NCBI GenBank assembly: GCA_000146045.2
Contig: BK006946.2
Coordinates: 768,001 to 832,000 of the forward strand
Source of the DNA: TPA_inf: Saccharomyces
Lineage: Eukaryota
Reading direction: 5' to 3'
Length of the DNA: 64,000 nucleotides
This document shows, piece after piece, positions 52,256 through 64,000 of the stretch. Position 1 is the stretch's first letter, and every line of letters starts with the position of its first letter. The notes beneath the pieces are model-generated. The model was not told the origin of the DNA, did not search any database, and saw only the letters and a program-made list of their open reading frames with translations. The position numbers and the translations under genes are program-made.

Positions 52256-54454
52256 ATGACCACACAAATAAGGTCTCCCCAAGGCTTGCCGTATCCGATT
52301 CAGATCGATAAACTCATTCCAAGCGTAGGTTCGTACCTTCATGAGGGTGATAGGTTGCTTGTCTATAAGTTCTGGTATTTGGTGGAAAGGGCCTCAGACA
52401 CTGGTGACGATGATAACGAGCACGATGTTTCCCCCGGCGGCAGCGCCGGAAGTAATGGTGTCTCTCCGCCAACCAAACAACTGCGTGAATCCATAGAATT
52501 CTTCGAAAGTCCCTACGAGGGGGACTTGATTAGTTGGAATGTAGACGTAGGAGATGAAGTAGCCACTGCTAACCAAGTGATTTGCGAAATAAAAAGGCCA
52601 TGTAACCATGACATCGTGTATGGCGGGCTATGTACTCAATGCGGGAAAGAAGTTTCTGCAGATGCCTTCGATGGTGTACCACTAGACGTTGTCGGGGACG
52701 TGGATTTACAGATTAGCGAGACAGAAGCCATTAGAACAGGCAAGGCATTGAAGGAGCATTTGCGACGGGATAAGAAACTTATCTTAGTGGTGGATTTAGA
52801 TCAAACCATCATCCATTGTGGCGTGGACCCTACGATTGCAGAGTGGAAGAACGACCCCAATAATCCGAATTTTGAAACATTAAGAGACGTCAAGAGCTTT
52901 ACGTTGGATGAGGAGTTAGTACTCCCACTTATGTACATGAATGACGATGGTTCTATGCTGAGACCGCCTCCCGTAAGAAAATGTTGGTACTACGTGAAGG
53001 TAAGGCCCGGTTTAAAGGAATTTTTCGCTAAAGTGGCGCCTCTTTTTGAAATGCATATCTACACAATGGCTACAAGGGCTTATGCCTTGCAAATTGCCAA
53101 AATCGTGGACCCTACGGGCGAATTGTTTGGCGATAGAATTCTGTCGCGTGATGAAAATGGGTCTCTAACAACTAAATCATTAGCTAAACTTTTCCCCACT
53201 GACCAGTCAATGGTTGTAGTTATTGACGACAGAGGTGATGTTTGGAATTGGTGTCCAAACTTGATCAAAGTTGTTCCTTATAACTTCTTCGTTGGTGTAG
53301 GTGACATTAATTCTAATTTCTTGCCCAAACAATCTACAGGAATGCTACAACTAGGGAGGAAGACAAGACAGAAGAGCCAAGAATCTCAGGAACTGCTGAC
53401 GGATATTATGGATAACGAAAAAAAACTACAAGAAAAGATAGATAAAGAAGTTAAACGCCAAGAAGAAAAATTGAACCATCAACTGGCGACTGCTGAGGAG
53501 CCTCCTGCGAACGAATCCAAAGAAGAGTTGACCAAGAAACTAGAATATTCAGCATCTTTAGAAGTCCAACAACAAAATCGACCCTTGGCCAAACTACAAA
53601 AACACCTGCATGATCAAAAACTACTAGTTGATGACGATGATGAACTATACTACTTAATGGGTACGCTATCAAACATTCACAAAACTTATTATGATATGCT
53701 CTCACAACAAAATGAGCCAGAACCAAATCTGATGGAAATCATACCAAGTTTGAAGCAAAAAGTCTTCCAAAATTGCTATTTTGTTTTTTCAGGATTAATA
53801 CCCCTCGGGACCGATATTCAAAGGTCGGACATAGTGATATGGACGAGTACATTTGGTGCCACTTCCACTCCAGATATAGATTACCTGACGACACATTTAA
53901 TCACCAAGAACCCTAGCACTTATAAAGCGCGTCTAGCGAAAAAGTTCAACCCACAGATTAAAATTGTTCACCCAGATTGGATATTTGAGTGTTTGGTAAA
54001 TTGGAAAAAGGTGGATGAAAAACCCTACACGTTAATCGTGGACAGCCCCATCTCCGACGAGGAATTACAAAACTTTCAAACACAATTACAAAAAAGACAA
54101 GAATATCTGGAGGAGACCCAGGAACAACAGCATATGTTGACATCACAAGAAAATCTAAATTTATTCGCTGCTGGTACTTCATGGTTAAACAATGACGACG
54201 ATGAAGATATTCCGGACACAGCTAGCGACGACGACGAAGATGACGACCACGACGACGAAAGTGATGACGAAAACAACTCGGAAGGCATTGACAGAAAGAG
54301 GAGCATCGAGGACAATCATGATGATACATCACAAAAGAAGACCAAGGCGGAACCTTCTCAAGATGGTCCTGTACAACATAAAGGAGAAGGGGATGACAAC
54401 GAAGACAGCGATTCGCAGTTGGAGGAAGAGTTGATGGATATGCTGGATGATTAG
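52256..54454 (+). CDS. FCP1: RNA polymerase II CTD phosphatase, 732 aa
   Basis: HAD-family DxDxT motif in LVVDLDQTIIH, a BRCT-like C-terminal region and an acidic tail. It matches YMR277W. Confidence 0.94.
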   Translation: MTTQIRSPQGLPYPIQIDKLIPSVGSYLHEGDRLLVYKFWYLVERASDTGDDDNEHDVSPGGSAGSNGVSPPTKQLRESIEFFESPYEGDLISWNVDVGDEVATANQVICEIKRPCNHDIVYGGLCTQCGKEVSADAFDGVPLDVVGDVDLQISETEAIRTGKALKEHLRRDKKLILVVDLDQTIIHCGVDPTIAEWKNDPNNPNFETLRDVKSFTLDEELVLPLMYMNDDGSMLRPPPVRKCWYYVKVRPGLKEFFAKVAPLFEMHIYTMATRAYALQIAKIVDPTGELFGDRILSRDENGSLTTKSLAKLFPTDQSMVVVIDDRGDVWNWCPNLIKVVPYNFFVGVGDINSNFLPKQSTGMLQLGRKTRQKSQESQELLTDIMDNEKKLQEKIDKEVKRQEEKLNHQLATAEEPPANESKEELTKKLEYSASLEVQQQNRPLAKLQKHLHDQKLLVDDDDELYYLMGTLSNIHKTYYDMLSQQNEPEPNLMEIIPSLKQKVFQNCYFVFSGLIPLGTDIQRSDIVIWTSTFGATSTPDIDYLTTHLITKNPSTYKARLAKKFNPQIKIVHPDWIFECLVNWKKVDEKPYTLIVDSPISDEELQNFQTQLQKRQEYLEETQEQQHMLTSQENLNLFAAGTSWLNNDDDEDIPDTASDDDEDDDHDDESDDENNSEGIDRKRSIEDNHDDTSQKKTKAEPSQDGPVQHKGEGDDNEDSDSQLEEELMDMLDD

Positions 54455-54585
54455 CAGCTCAGATGCCGTATCTTTCCACACATTTTCCTCATTGGTCTTT
54501 GTACCTATAATTGTTCATATTATATATACGTTTGTAACAAATCGATAAATAGCAACAATATTTTTGCTTATTTTGATATCCTGAA

Positions 54586-54589
<4 letters not shown>

Positions 54590-54623
<34 letters not shown>
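54590..54623. repeat. Homopolymeric poly(dT) tract of 34 nt (a second T12 run lies at 54636-54647) in the FCP1-PGM3 intergenic region
   Basis: A directly observed uninterrupted T34 run between the FCP1 stop and the PGM3 start. Confidence 0.95.
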
Positions 54624-54624
<1 letters not shown>

Positions 54625-54762
54625 ATTTCATTTCGTTTTTTTTTTTTGAACATTATATATTGTATTGTTTTCTCCCTGTAGCGAGAACTAATTGATTCTT
54701 TCTCCTTTCCCCCTAAATACTCAACAGTACTCTCGAGCCATTAGCTGCTGCAATTTCAAAAA

Positions 54763-56631
54763 ATGTTGCAAGGAATTTTAGAAACCGTACCATCTGACTT
54801 GAAAGATCCGATATCATTATGGTTTAAGCAAGACCGCAACCCAAAAACTATAGAAGAGGTCACCGCTCTCTGCAAAAAATCCGACTGGAATGAGTTACAC
54901 AAAAGATTTGATTCTAGAATTCAGTTTGGCACTGCTGGTTTAAGATCGCAAATGCAAGCTGGCTTTAGCAGGATGAATACTTTAGTAGTCATACAAGCGT
55001 CTCAGGGATTGGCAACTTATGTAAGACAACAGTTTCCAGACAATTTGGTAGCTGTTGTGGGACACGATCATAGATTCCATTCTAAGGAGTTCGCTAGAGC
55101 TACTGCTGCTGCATTTCTTTTAAAAGGATTTAAGGTACATTATTTGAATCCTGACCACGAATTTGTTCATACCCCTTTAGTTCCCTTTGCAGTGGATAAG
55201 CTAAAGGCCTCCGTTGGCGTAATGATAACAGCAAGTCACAACCCAAAAATGGATAATGGATATAAAGTATACTATTCCAATGGATGCCAAATCATTCCAC
55301 CTCACGATCATGCCATCTCTGATTCCATTGACGCAAATTTAGAACCATGGGCCAATGTGTGGGATTTCGACGATGTTCTAAATAAGGCTCTCAAACAAGG
55401 GAAATTGATGTATTCCAGAGAAGAAATGCTGAAGTTATATTTAGAGGAGGTTTCTAAAAATCTGGTAGAAATCAACCCATTAAAGCTTGAAGTAAAAGCC
55501 AAACCTTGGTTCGTTTACACTCCAATGCATGGGGTTGGATTTGACATTTTCAGCACCATCGTAAAAAAAACACTGTGCCTGGTAGAAGGTAAGGATTACC
55601 TATGTGTTCCTGAACAACAAAATCCAGATCCTTCTTTCCCAACTGTTGGATTTCCTAACCCTGAAGAAAAAGGTGCTTTAGACATTGGTATAAACTTGGC
55701 TGAAAAACATGACATTGACTTACTTGTTGCCAACGACCCTGACGCTGATAGATTCTCTGTTGCTGTTAAAGATATGCAGTCAGGCGAATGGCGACAACTA
55801 ACAGGTAACGAAATCGGTTTTCTTTTTGCATTTTATGAATATCAGAAATATAAAAGTATGGACAAAGAATTTCAGCACGTTCATCCGTTGGCTATGTTAA
55901 ATTCAACAGTGTCTTCACAAATGATAAAAAAAATGGCAGAAATAGAAGGGTTCCATTATGAGGATACATTAACAGGATTTAAGTGGATCGGAAATCGTGC
56001 CATACTCTTGGAAAAGAAAGGCTATTACGTTCCTTTTGGATTCGAGGAAGCAATAGGCTACATGTTTCCAGCAATGGAGCATGATAAGGATGGTATCAGT
56101 GCATCCATTGTCTTCTTGCAAGCCTACTGTAAGTGGAAAATAGACCACAATTTGGACCCGCTAAATGTCTTAGAAAATGGCTTCAAAAAATATGGCGTGT
56201 TCAAAGAGTACAATGGCTATTATGTCGTTCCAAATCCAACTGTTACAAAAGATATATTTGACTACATCAGGAATGTCTACACTCCTGAGGGCGCGTCATA
56301 TCCTTCATCTATTGGTGAAGAAATCGAAGTACTTTACTATCGAGATTTAACCACTGGTTACCAATCGGATACCATAAATCATAAACCTACTCTACCCGTC
56401 GATCCTACATCACAAATGATAACAGTATCTGCTAGACCAAGTAACGGTAGTGAGAATGAGCATATCCGCTTCACTATTCGCGGGTCCGGAACAGAACCAA
56501 AACTTAAAGTATATATTGAAGCTTGCGCAAATGAAGAACAAAGAGCCTCTTTCTTGGCGAAATTGACTTGGAATGTGCTGAGACGTGAATGGTTTAGACC
56601 AGATGAAATGAATATAGTTACAAAATTTTGA
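54763..56631 (+). CDS. PGM3: Phosphoribomutase/phosphoglucomutase-family enzyme, 622 aa
   Basis: Alpha-D-phosphohexomutase active-site serine motif TASHNP (ITASHNPKMDNGYK). It matches YMR278W (PRM15/PGM3). Confidence 0.92.
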   Translation: MLQGILETVPSDLKDPISLWFKQDRNPKTIEEVTALCKKSDWNELHKRFDSRIQFGTAGLRSQMQAGFSRMNTLVVIQASQGLATYVRQQFPDNLVAVVGHDHRFHSKEFARATAAAFLLKGFKVHYLNPDHEFVHTPLVPFAVDKLKASVGVMITASHNPKMDNGYKVYYSNGCQIIPPHDHAISDSIDANLEPWANVWDFDDVLNKALKQGKLMYSREEMLKLYLEEVSKNLVEINPLKLEVKAKPWFVYTPMHGVGFDIFSTIVKKTLCLVEGKDYLCVPEQQNPDPSFPTVGFPNPEEKGALDIGINLAEKHDIDLLVANDPDADRFSVAVKDMQSGEWRQLTGNEIGFLFAFYEYQKYKSMDKEFQHVHPLAMLNSTVSSQMIKKMAEIEGFHYEDTLTGFKWIGNRAILLEKKGYYVPFGFEEAIGYMFPAMEHDKDGISASIVFLQAYCKWKIDHNLDPLNVLENGFKKYGVFKEYNGYYVVPNPTVTKDIFDYIRNVYTPEGASYPSSIGEEIEVLYYRDLTTGYQSDTINHKPTLPVDPTSQMITVSARPSNGSENEHIRFTIRGSGTEPKLKVYIEACANEEQRASFLAKLTWNVLRREWFRPDEMNIVTKF

Positions 56632-56728
56632 TACTATTTTAACCTATACATTAAGACCAAGCGACTTAAAGAATGCCATTATATTTGTTGTTTGTACCTA
56701 CACTTATATCAATATACATTTAACTAGT

Positions 56729-58351
56729 TTATGCCTCCAAACTTCTATCTTCAGATTTTCTGTGTCGATTCCAAAGGTTTTCAAGCATGTAAGTCACACT
56801 AATCACAACACCAAGAGAAGCGAGCCCAACTCCCAGATATACAGCTGCTCGGTAACCTTTCAACAAATCATTGCCGCTTTTATTAATTTGGTGTTCAACA
56901 GTGCCTCCCATACCTAAACATAGAGACGCTGAATAATTAATAACGGTGTTTACTAATGATCCAGCCATACCTTGATACTGCATTGGAAGCCCGTCACTCA
57001 ATATAATGGATGATGCCGGGAAGGACAGGTCCATACCAAAACATAAGATAGCCTGCATCGCAAAGTTCAACTTCCAATAGCTTTGTTCCACTGGCAATAC
57101 ACTAAACATTATGGAACCAGCGTCAAATGCCATTAGTGAAAAACATAGTAGTAGAGCTGGTCCTAATCTCTTGATAGAAAAGGCAACGAAGAATGCAGCC
57201 ATGGATCCGAAAATTACGAAAACGAAATACGTACCTCCGGTCCAAACAGGACTGTAATGCCTCAAATTTAGTTGGAAGGAAACATAATAGAATGTCCAAA
57301 TACCAAACGACCCCCATCCCAGGAATACCGCCAATAATATCATAATCATATGACGGTTCTTCGTCATTGCACGTGGTAGAAGAGGAACCTCTGCGTATTT
57401 ACTTTCGTAAACAAAAAAAGCAACCAAGAATATCACAGATATTATCAAAAGAACAATGATATAAGGTTTGTCCCAGCCAACTATTGGTGCTTGATTCCAG
57501 ACAAAGTTGAAAAGAATCAGCCCGATAATGGCAAGCGCGGACCCAGTCCAATCCATCGAAAGCCCATGAATATTTGTGGGAACGTTGTTTGGGATGGAGT
57601 ACCATGCCATTAATAAACTTAGAAACGTTGCAATACCAAAGGCATAAAATACCCAAGGCCACTGATTGGGGTCTTCAGTGACAATTAACCCCCCGAATAA
57701 TCCACCAAACATGCCGCCTGTTGGAGCACATGCGCCGATGAAACTAATAACAATGTTCTTCCTGAATGAACCGACCTTATAAACATGACCAACAAGCCCC
57801 ATAATATTTGGTAAAATAAACGCAATTCCAACTCCTTGGAACGCACGGCTCGTAATGAAAAACGCGTCGCTATTAGAGTATTTGGAGAGACCAGAAATTA
57901 TAGACCAAACGATTACGATGACATAACCAACGATCAACATTTTCTTCAATCCATAAATATCTCCTAACCTCCCACTAATAAGGATGAACGACCCAGCAGC
58001 CAAGGGAAAAGATGCCATCAACCATGCCTGATTGTTTGCTTCTGAATTAAAGGATTTCGAAAGAACGTTCATTATACAGAGAGCGTGTGTTTGGCCCGCT
58101 TGATTCAATAACTGTGCCAACATGCATGTCGCTATGAACATTAATTCTTTCCCAAAGGAACTGAAGTAAGTGGGGTCCTGCCATGGTGAGTCATTGGTCA
58201 CTTGAGTTGATTTGGTTGAAGAAACAATTGTTGTCACCTCTTCATCTTCTGTGGAAACCACTACTTTATCTTTTGCTTTCACTGTAATTTTCTCATCTAT
58301 CTCAGAGTCCGTGCCCTGCACGCTCGTTTTCTTTTTGAAGATTGAAAACAT
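56729..58351 (-). CDS. ATR2: MFS (DHA2-type) multidrug/boron efflux transporter paralog of ATR1, 540 aa
   Basis: The product is a 14-transmembrane MFS-like protein starting MFSIFKKKTSVQGTD. The first ATG is at 58351, and the track start is TTG. It matches YMR279C. Confidence 0.88.
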   Translation of the reverse strand: MFSIFKKKTSVQGTDSEIDEKITVKAKDKVVVSTEDEEVTTIVSSTKSTQVTNDSPWQDPTYFSSFGKELMFIATCMLAQLLNQAGQTHALCIMNVLSKSFNSEANNQAWLMASFPLAAGSFILISGRLGDIYGLKKMLIVGYVIVIVWSIISGLSKYSNSDAFFITSRAFQGVGIAFILPNIMGLVGHVYKVGSFRKNIVISFIGACAPTGGMFGGLFGGLIVTEDPNQWPWVFYAFGIATFLSLLMAWYSIPNNVPTNIHGLSMDWTGSALAIIGLILFNFVWNQAPIVGWDKPYIIVLLIISVIFLVAFFVYESKYAEVPLLPRAMTKNRHMIMILLAVFLGWGSFGIWTFYYVSFQLNLRHYSPVWTGGTYFVFVIFGSMAAFFVAFSIKRLGPALLLCFSLMAFDAGSIMFSVLPVEQSYWKLNFAMQAILCFGMDLSFPASSIILSDGLPMQYQGMAGSLVNTVINYSASLCLGMGGTVEHQINKSGNDLLKGYRAAVYLGVGLASLGVVISVTYMLENLWNRHRKSEDRSLEA

Positions 58352-59027
58352 TTCCAATCAGATCTTTGAGTTGTATGTTTGGTGTGCTTAGATTGGTTTC
58401 CAGAACTAGCCATGGTTAAAAGATCTATTTCCATTGCCTTATATACCTATTTTTGTCCAAGCCAAATGTCTCTGAGTATTTCCTCGAAAAACTGATATGA
58501 AAGAAAATTTAGTTCGTAACCATGGCAATACTATAGCATAATCTTCGTCATGCCATTGTTATCTCATAAATAAAACTCCTATAACAAAGCAAAAAAAGTT
58601 TACGCGTTCTACGGACATTTGTGTAGGAAAAATAAAGATTTTACTTAATCAATATACGAGCCACGTTTTTGGCGTCGCATTGTCGGCGCTATTTATGCGC
58701 ACCCCTGTTGCCTTCTCTTCCCTTCCGTGCAGCCTCCGCGCTGTCAGATGGTCCTCCGGTAACGTAACCATGGGAACTAGCAAAAAAATTTCCTAATCTG
58801 AAATGTAGTTCCATTAATAAATCTGAGGAACATGGGCGCTGCATCAAGATGTGTTTTGGCGTCGTCTTTGTTATCTTTTCTTTTTTCCAACAATAAATTT
58901 GGCTGTTCATAAGGTGAACGAAAGCTACGGCAATTGCCCTATTAAGAAATTATACGTAAGAATGTTATTTGTTTCATGAATATTTAGAGGATTCCGTTTT
59001 GAATATATTACACTATGAAATAAAGAA

Positions 59028-62000
59028 TTATTTGGCGTTTTGCCATTGGAATAAATCAGATACATTATCTGTGTTGGAACTTCCGCCACCAGAACTTTTT
59101 GATCGATCTGTATTGTAACGATTTTTCTGAGGCCGTCTTGGACCACGGTGGGACGCCGAGGGCCCTGAAGAGGTCCTTCTCATTTGAAACAGTGTAGAAG
59201 GTGTATCCAACTGGTTGCCAGTTGCACTCTTTGAGTTCTCTTGAGAACTACTGTCACCTTTTGAATCATTGCCCGATGAAAGAGATCTTTGATTGCTGGT
59301 ATTTCTCGTACTTACGGAGGATACCATCCCTTGACTTAAAATTGAGTCGGTAGGATTCAATACTTCTCTGGCATTCATGCGTGACCGATCCAAGTCATCG
59401 TTAAATGTCGTATCTAGGATGATGCTGTTTTTACTTCGATTTGACGTAGTAGACGTCGTGTTGGTATTTGAGATATCGGGCGTATCCACTAATAAAGGAG
59501 CCAACCCAAGTGATGCATCTACAATGTAATCATAGTCGACCCCAGAATAATTGACATTTGTCATGAAATTGTTAAAATTACCTAAATCGTTGAAATCACA
59601 GTTGTCCATTCCATGCTTTGTACTTCCAAGGATACTGCCTTGGCTGGTATTACTGCCAGTTGAAGGTGGTTTGAAGTTGGCACCTGCATTTGTAACGGCT
59701 TTTTTATTTGTTCCCGGATCCGCTGACGCGGAGTTCTGATCATTTTGGTATAAAAAGTTGTTAATACTAATATTCGAGAAAGAATTATCGTTGTTCAGCA
59801 ATCTCATTAGCTTTGTTAGGCTGTAGTTACTCTTGTTGTTGAAAGAGAGATTATTCTTTTCCATATTCGTACTTTTTCCTTTCTGATGAAATTGGTTGTT
59901 TTTTGAATTCTCAGGGTTTTGCTTAATAACGGGTTCTAATTGTTCCGGTTTAGAGTCCATATTATCCTTCATTAGATCTAAATTACTTGGTAGACTGAAT
60001 ATCGCATCCATGTGCATAGGCTTATTCTCAATCGTGTTTTGACCTATATTGGAGTTACCGGTCTGTAAGAATGGTGCCATATTTAAAAAGCTTAAGTTCT
60101 CTATATTGGCATCCGTGGCATCTGTAGAAGCTCTGTTACACACATCCACGTTGCCATTATTAGTATTCGTACAATTCGGTCCTTCAGGATGGGTGAACAG
60201 CGCAGTAAGGTCTGTATTACTAAACGAAAATGGAAACAGATTGCTGGTGGACATGTTTTTTTTGGTATCATTCTGGAAATTATGTGCGTTCTCCCCCTTG
60301 GATATACCGCCATCTTTTGCATTTCGTTTTGCATCTTTTTCATACTTTAATCTCTTATTACCATTAGTTGTATTTGTCATTGGAGAGTGACCCGCTTCAG
60401 AATTATTGTTATTATTACTATCGTTTCCATAAAGATACTCGTGTTCTGGGTTTTCTCTTTTGACATTAGGTGTTCTTTGTCTATTTTCCAGGCTGTTCTT
60501 CGATTGAGAGCCAAATAATGGTTTTAAGGATGTGGTTGTGGCCGGTGGTAACCCCATCAATCTATTGTAGTAATTCAATTTCTTTTCCAAGAATTTATCC
60601 AGTCTTTCAACCTTAACATTAGGTGCTTTCAACAACAGGTTGATGCTCATGTCAAACAGTTTCAGCGTGTGCCAAGAGGCAATTCCAGGTAAATCCAAAA
60701 GCCTATCGTTTTCGATATCTTTGATGGTGTCGAGGAGAAGATTTTTATTATCTAAGAATAACGCACCACCTTTGGTATATTCCAAAGAACCTCTAGCACA
60801 GAGCAAAGAAAATCTGATTAACGTTCTTGATACATTCAATGGCAAAGGTAAATACATGGAATTAATGGCCTGGAAAATCGTAAGCGTTGCATTGGTAGCT
60901 TGTTGTAAAATGATATATGAGGATGATGTCCTTATAGCAGGAGAAGTCATATCAACATCTAATATCATGTGGTCCTGGTTGGTTGCGCCTTTAGAGTCGT
61001 TGTTGAACATTGACTGTTTCTTCTTTGTGGCATTATCAACATTCTTAGGCAAAGGTTTGGTTGCAATAACCGGTAAATGTATCATAGATTTGGCCAAGAA
61101 ATAAAACAGCAATAGAATCTTCTTTTCAAATAATATTATGTCTTTCTTATCAAATTTGGTCTCAGTATTTCTTTGATTGGTTGCTCTAATCTCGTCTAAA
61201 TTCACAGTTCCGTTTACAGTTATTTGAAAGTAGTACATTTCGGGAAGTTGATTTCTCCAGTTATCCAGTGCGTTTTCATGTACTAATGCAACTTCAGAAG
61301 TTATACGTTCATCCATCATTCCTCTCTTAAAAATCGAGTCTAGAATGTTACCTAATATTTTCGCAAATCTGATTATCTGCAATGAAAAGCTTGAAACTTG
61401 ACCTTGCAGTTGAATCTTTTTAGCTTTTTTATCTGCTTTTTCATTTTCCATAGATAACTGATCCTTATACTCAACATCAGAAATTGGTAATGCACATTCA
61501 ATATCAAAATCCTTAAGTAAACGAGGAACACCAAGTTGCAATGAGGCAAAAACGTCAACGTAATAAATTGCCCAAAACAGTAATCTCCTCTCGCTTTGCT
61601 CAAATTTTTGTAGAACTGGGTTAGAGTGTACACTTAATACGGCACTAGGACATCTGTGAAGTCTCAATTGTTGTGCCATAGAAACAATACGGCCTCTTAC
61701 CCCATAGATTGCCGAAATATCACCCACGTTTAAATAATAAAAGGATGCCAAAGATAACAATTGTAAGGATGGTAATGAAGTTGTGGACATATTTAAAAAA
61801 TAAGGATTTTTAGGAATTATTAGGGAAAGCTGATGATAATATGCCATCAATCTAGCATATTTGGCCTTCGGATTCTTCGGTACAGTGTATTTTATTTTTT
61901 CCATTTTAATCTTAACGAGTAACCCCATTTGTAACATCATCAGAAGCTTTAGGGCAAATATTTCATGATTAGTGGTGACTGTACTTTTAGTAGTGTTATT

Positions 62001-63329
62001 CGTCTCCAAATTTTCTGTAGATAAATGCTTCACGACTTCAACAAAATTGTTGAAATATATTAAGAAGTGGTCATTGTTTAGAATTGGTACCTGATTAGAC
62101 CAAAATTTGAAAAAAAGGTGTAAAAGCTCTTTAATTTCAGTGAGGGAAAGTAGTTCATCATCCTGATCATTAGCCGGCTTTTCTGATTGCTTTGAAAACG
62201 AGTTAATGTTAAATTTCAAAGAAATTAAAAACTTTTTCAAATCGACAAACTCGGAGAGGTTTGTGCTTTGAAACCTTTTCACAAAAGCCGAATCATCATC
62301 AAGTTTTTTATCTTCATCTTTCTCCTTTAACTTGGTTGATGTTGAAGGTGCTAGAAGCCGTGGTGCTGGCAATCTATTTTTCAATGAAGATAATAATGAA
62401 ACCGTATACAAACATTGCTTTGAGTTGAAACCAAATATTTGTCTTATCCTAGTTAAAAGCTGAGGAATAAACAGAATTTCTTCAGTAGATCTTGGGATGG
62501 ATAAAGAAACTAAAGTTGCCAATTGAGTGCTACGTTGATGAGTCGTCATTGATTTTAATGCCTTTACCGCAGGAAGACCAGGTGCCTCGTCCTGTTCAAA
62601 AGATATAGCGGTTGGATCGTTTAAACTCGTAGAAGTAGGCTTGACGTGTAAATGATTTGTACAGGAAACGCCGTCACAAAGATGGTCTTTGTGTGGCGGT
62701 GGAGGTGGTGCCCCCAATGGACTCATTGCAGAACCGCTATTATCACCATCCATTTTGCCATTTTGTAGCTGCTTATTAACCGTTTGATTTAATAAATAGA
62801 TATTTGTAGAAGACAGATTCAATGGAGCATCTTTCAAATCATGTTTGAAATTGCCATTTATGGTATTATCCGTTGATGTCTGTGGTCGCGACTGTGAAAC
62901 AAGGCTTATTTGCTGTTCTTTGATATCACACAAAGCTAGCAAACGCTTATTCTCTGCCTCCAGTTCGCGTACTCTTTCTTCCAGGCTTTCTGTGTACCCT
63001 TTTGGATACGCTTTCCTCAGTAATTTATCGCTTATTCTGCATTCAAATCCGACAGCAGCACACTGCGAACACTGTGGTCTTTTTCCATCGCACCTTGTTT
63101 TCTTAGATCGACACCTGTCACAAGCTTGAGCTATCCTGTAAATAGGTGTAGATAAAGGAGTCGGAGAAGCTGTCTTGATCATTGCTTCCTTCACGTTCTT
63201 GGAAAAATGAGGGTTTGCCTCCGAACTTGAAGTTCTATTAGATATGCTAGGACCGCTAAGCGCTTGTGAACCCAGAGTTCTAATGACTCTGGGTTCCAAA
63301 CCTTGTCGATCAGAATTATTATTTGCCAT
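59028..63329 (-). CDS. CAT8: Zn2Cys6 zinc-cluster transcription activator of gluconeogenic/glyoxylate genes, 1433 aa
   Basis: Zn2Cys6 motif [21 protein letters not shown] near the N-terminus, followed by a coiled-coil dimerisation region. Length matches YMR280C. Confidence 0.95.
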   Translation of the reverse strand: MANNNSDRQGLEPRVIRTLGSQALSGPSISNRTSSSEANPHFSKNVKEAMIKTASPTPLSTPIYRIAQACDRCRSKKTRCDGKRPQCSQCAAVGFECRISDKLLRKAYPKGYTESLEERVRELEAENKRLLALCDIKEQQISLVSQSRPQTSTDNTINGNFKHDLKDAPLNLSSTNIYLLNQTVNKQLQNGKMDGDNSGSAMSPLGAPPPPPHKDHLCDGVSCTNHLHVKPTSTSLNDPTAISFEQDEAPGLPAVKALKSMTTHQRSTQLATLVSLSIPRSTEEILFIPQLLTRIRQIFGFNSKQCLYTVSLLSSLKNRLPAPRLLAPSTSTKLKEKDEDKKLDDDSAFVKRFQSTNLSEFVDLKKFLISLKFNINSFSKQSEKPANDQDDELLSLTEIKELLHLFFKFWSNQVPILNNDHFLIYFNNFVEVVKHLSTENLETNNTTKSTVTTNHEIFALKLLMMLQMGLLVKIKMEKIKYTVPKNPKAKYARLMAYYHQLSLIIPKNPYFLNMSTTSLPSLQLLSLASFYYLNVGDISAIYGVRGRIVSMAQQLRLHRCPSAVLSVHSNPVLQKFEQSERRLLFWAIYYVDVFASLQLGVPRLLKDFDIECALPISDVEYKDQLSMENEKADKKAKKIQLQGQVSSFSLQIIRFAKILGNILDSIFKRGMMDERITSEVALVHENALDNWRNQLPEMYYFQITVNGTVNLDEIRATNQRNTETKFDKKDIILFEKKILLLFYFLAKSMIHLPVIATKPLPKNVDNATKKKQSMFNNDSKGATNQDHMILDVDMTSPAIRTSSSYIILQQATNATLTIFQAINSMYLPLPLNVSRTLIRFSLLCARGSLEYTKGGALFLDNKNLLLDTIKDIENDRLLDLPGIASWHTLKLFDMSINLLLKAPNVKVERLDKFLEKKLNYYNRLMGLPPATTTSLKPLFGSQSKNSLENRQRTPNVKRENPEHEYLYGNDSNNNNNSEAGHSPMTNTTNGNKRLKYEKDAKRNAKDGGISKGENAHNFQNDTKKNMSTSNLFPFSFSNTDLTALFTHPEGPNCTNTNNGNVDVCNRASTDATDANIENLSFLNMAPFLQTGNSNIGQNTIENKPMHMDAIFSLPSNLDLMKDNMDSKPEQLEPVIKQNPENSKNNQFHQKGKSTNMEKNNLSFNNKSNYSLTKLMRLLNNDNSFSNISINNFLYQNDQNSASADPGTNKKAVTNAGANFKPPSTGSNTSQGSILGSTKHGMDNCDFNDLGNFNNFMTNVNYSGVDYDYIVDASLGLAPLLVDTPDISNTNTTSTTSNRSKNSIILDTTFNDDLDRSRMNAREVLNPTDSILSQGMVSSVSTRNTSNQRSLSSGNDSKGDSSSQENSKSATGNQLDTPSTLFQMRRTSSGPSASHRGPRRPQKNRYNTDRSKSSGGGSSNTDNVSDLFQWQNAK

Positions 63330-64000
63330 AATTTTGTGTCTTGTCTTTTACTCAACTTGTAAATTCTCTTTAGGGTGTTGTAACTGTTTATGAAGAAATA
63401 AATACCGTAATGAATTATTAAATTATTAAATTCTTCGTCTTTTTACAATATCACAGGTTTAAAGGGGAGTTTAACAAAATCTACTATTTTACGGCTGTTT
63501 TCTTTTTTTGAGTGTCACTGACCAATCATGCTTTCGTACCCCACAAAATATCAGCCCCGCCGCTCCATGCATGTCTCGGTTATCGCTTAATACGAATATA
63601 ATCACTGAGAACCTCGGCGGCAAAAATATTTACCAATAGGCAAATTAAACACCGAAAAAAAGAAGTTTCAAGTAGAAGATTATCCCGAATACCAAAAAAT
63701 TGCACGAGAAAGAATGTCTTTTTATGATTTATTGCTTATAATACTCAATTACTCTGGTTTTCTCCGTTCCTGTTACGCACATAAACTCTCTCTGTCTCTG
63801 ATATCACAACTCATATCGCGAATAAACACCGGATAGAAAGAAGTGAGAGGAGCTACGATAACTGAATATACTCTTTCATCAAAAGTAATGTGCTAATAAA
63901 AAGAAATGTTGCACCATCTTAACAGATGTAAAAATGTTCTGCAGAAGGAAAGTTGTGTAATCATACACATTCAATAGTATAAGTCGTATCACAATCTGAT

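Noticed and set aside
58689-58910. 73-aa minus-strand ORF in the ATR2-CAT8 intergenic region
   Set aside because: It lies in the promoter region of ATR2 and has no recognisable features. It is probably spurious, though the 670-bp intergenic region could hold a small ORF or non-coding transcript that I cannot confirm.

Overview
This window is nuclear DNA from the right arm of Saccharomyces cerevisiae chromosome XIII, essentially co-linear with the S288C segment YMR250W (GAD1) through YMR280C (CAT8). I recognise about 34 protein-coding genes from their translated sequences, lengths and catalytic motifs. No nuclear introns are evident. Two Pol III tRNA genes are present, tRNA-Ala(AGC) and the single-copy tRNA-Gln(CUG), and each is flanked by Ty LTR scars. 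A Ty1/2 delta sits inside an older delta near tRNA-Ala, and a Ty4 tau with a 5-bp target-site duplication is inserted into LTR-like sequence next to tRNA-Gln. HOR7 (59 aa) is real but falls below the 60-aa ORF-track cutoff. Several ORF-track N-terminal extensions arise from non-ATG (GTG/TTG) starts; I trimmed these to the first ATG, which reproduces the known protein lengths. Other notable structure includes coding micro- and minisatellites in SAP30 (poly-Asn), ZDS1 (an (S/N)APVQ-type minisatellite plus a terminal polyQ) and TMA23 (a Lys-rich tail). There are also a 34-nt poly(dT) tract, STRE clusters in the stress-gene promoters (TPS3, HOR7/GTO3, GAD1) and a Mig1-like GC box upstream of CAT8. 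I find no evidence of a novel or undescribed system. The region looks like ordinary, well-annotated yeast chromosome, and the findings below are the features I judge worth re-checking.
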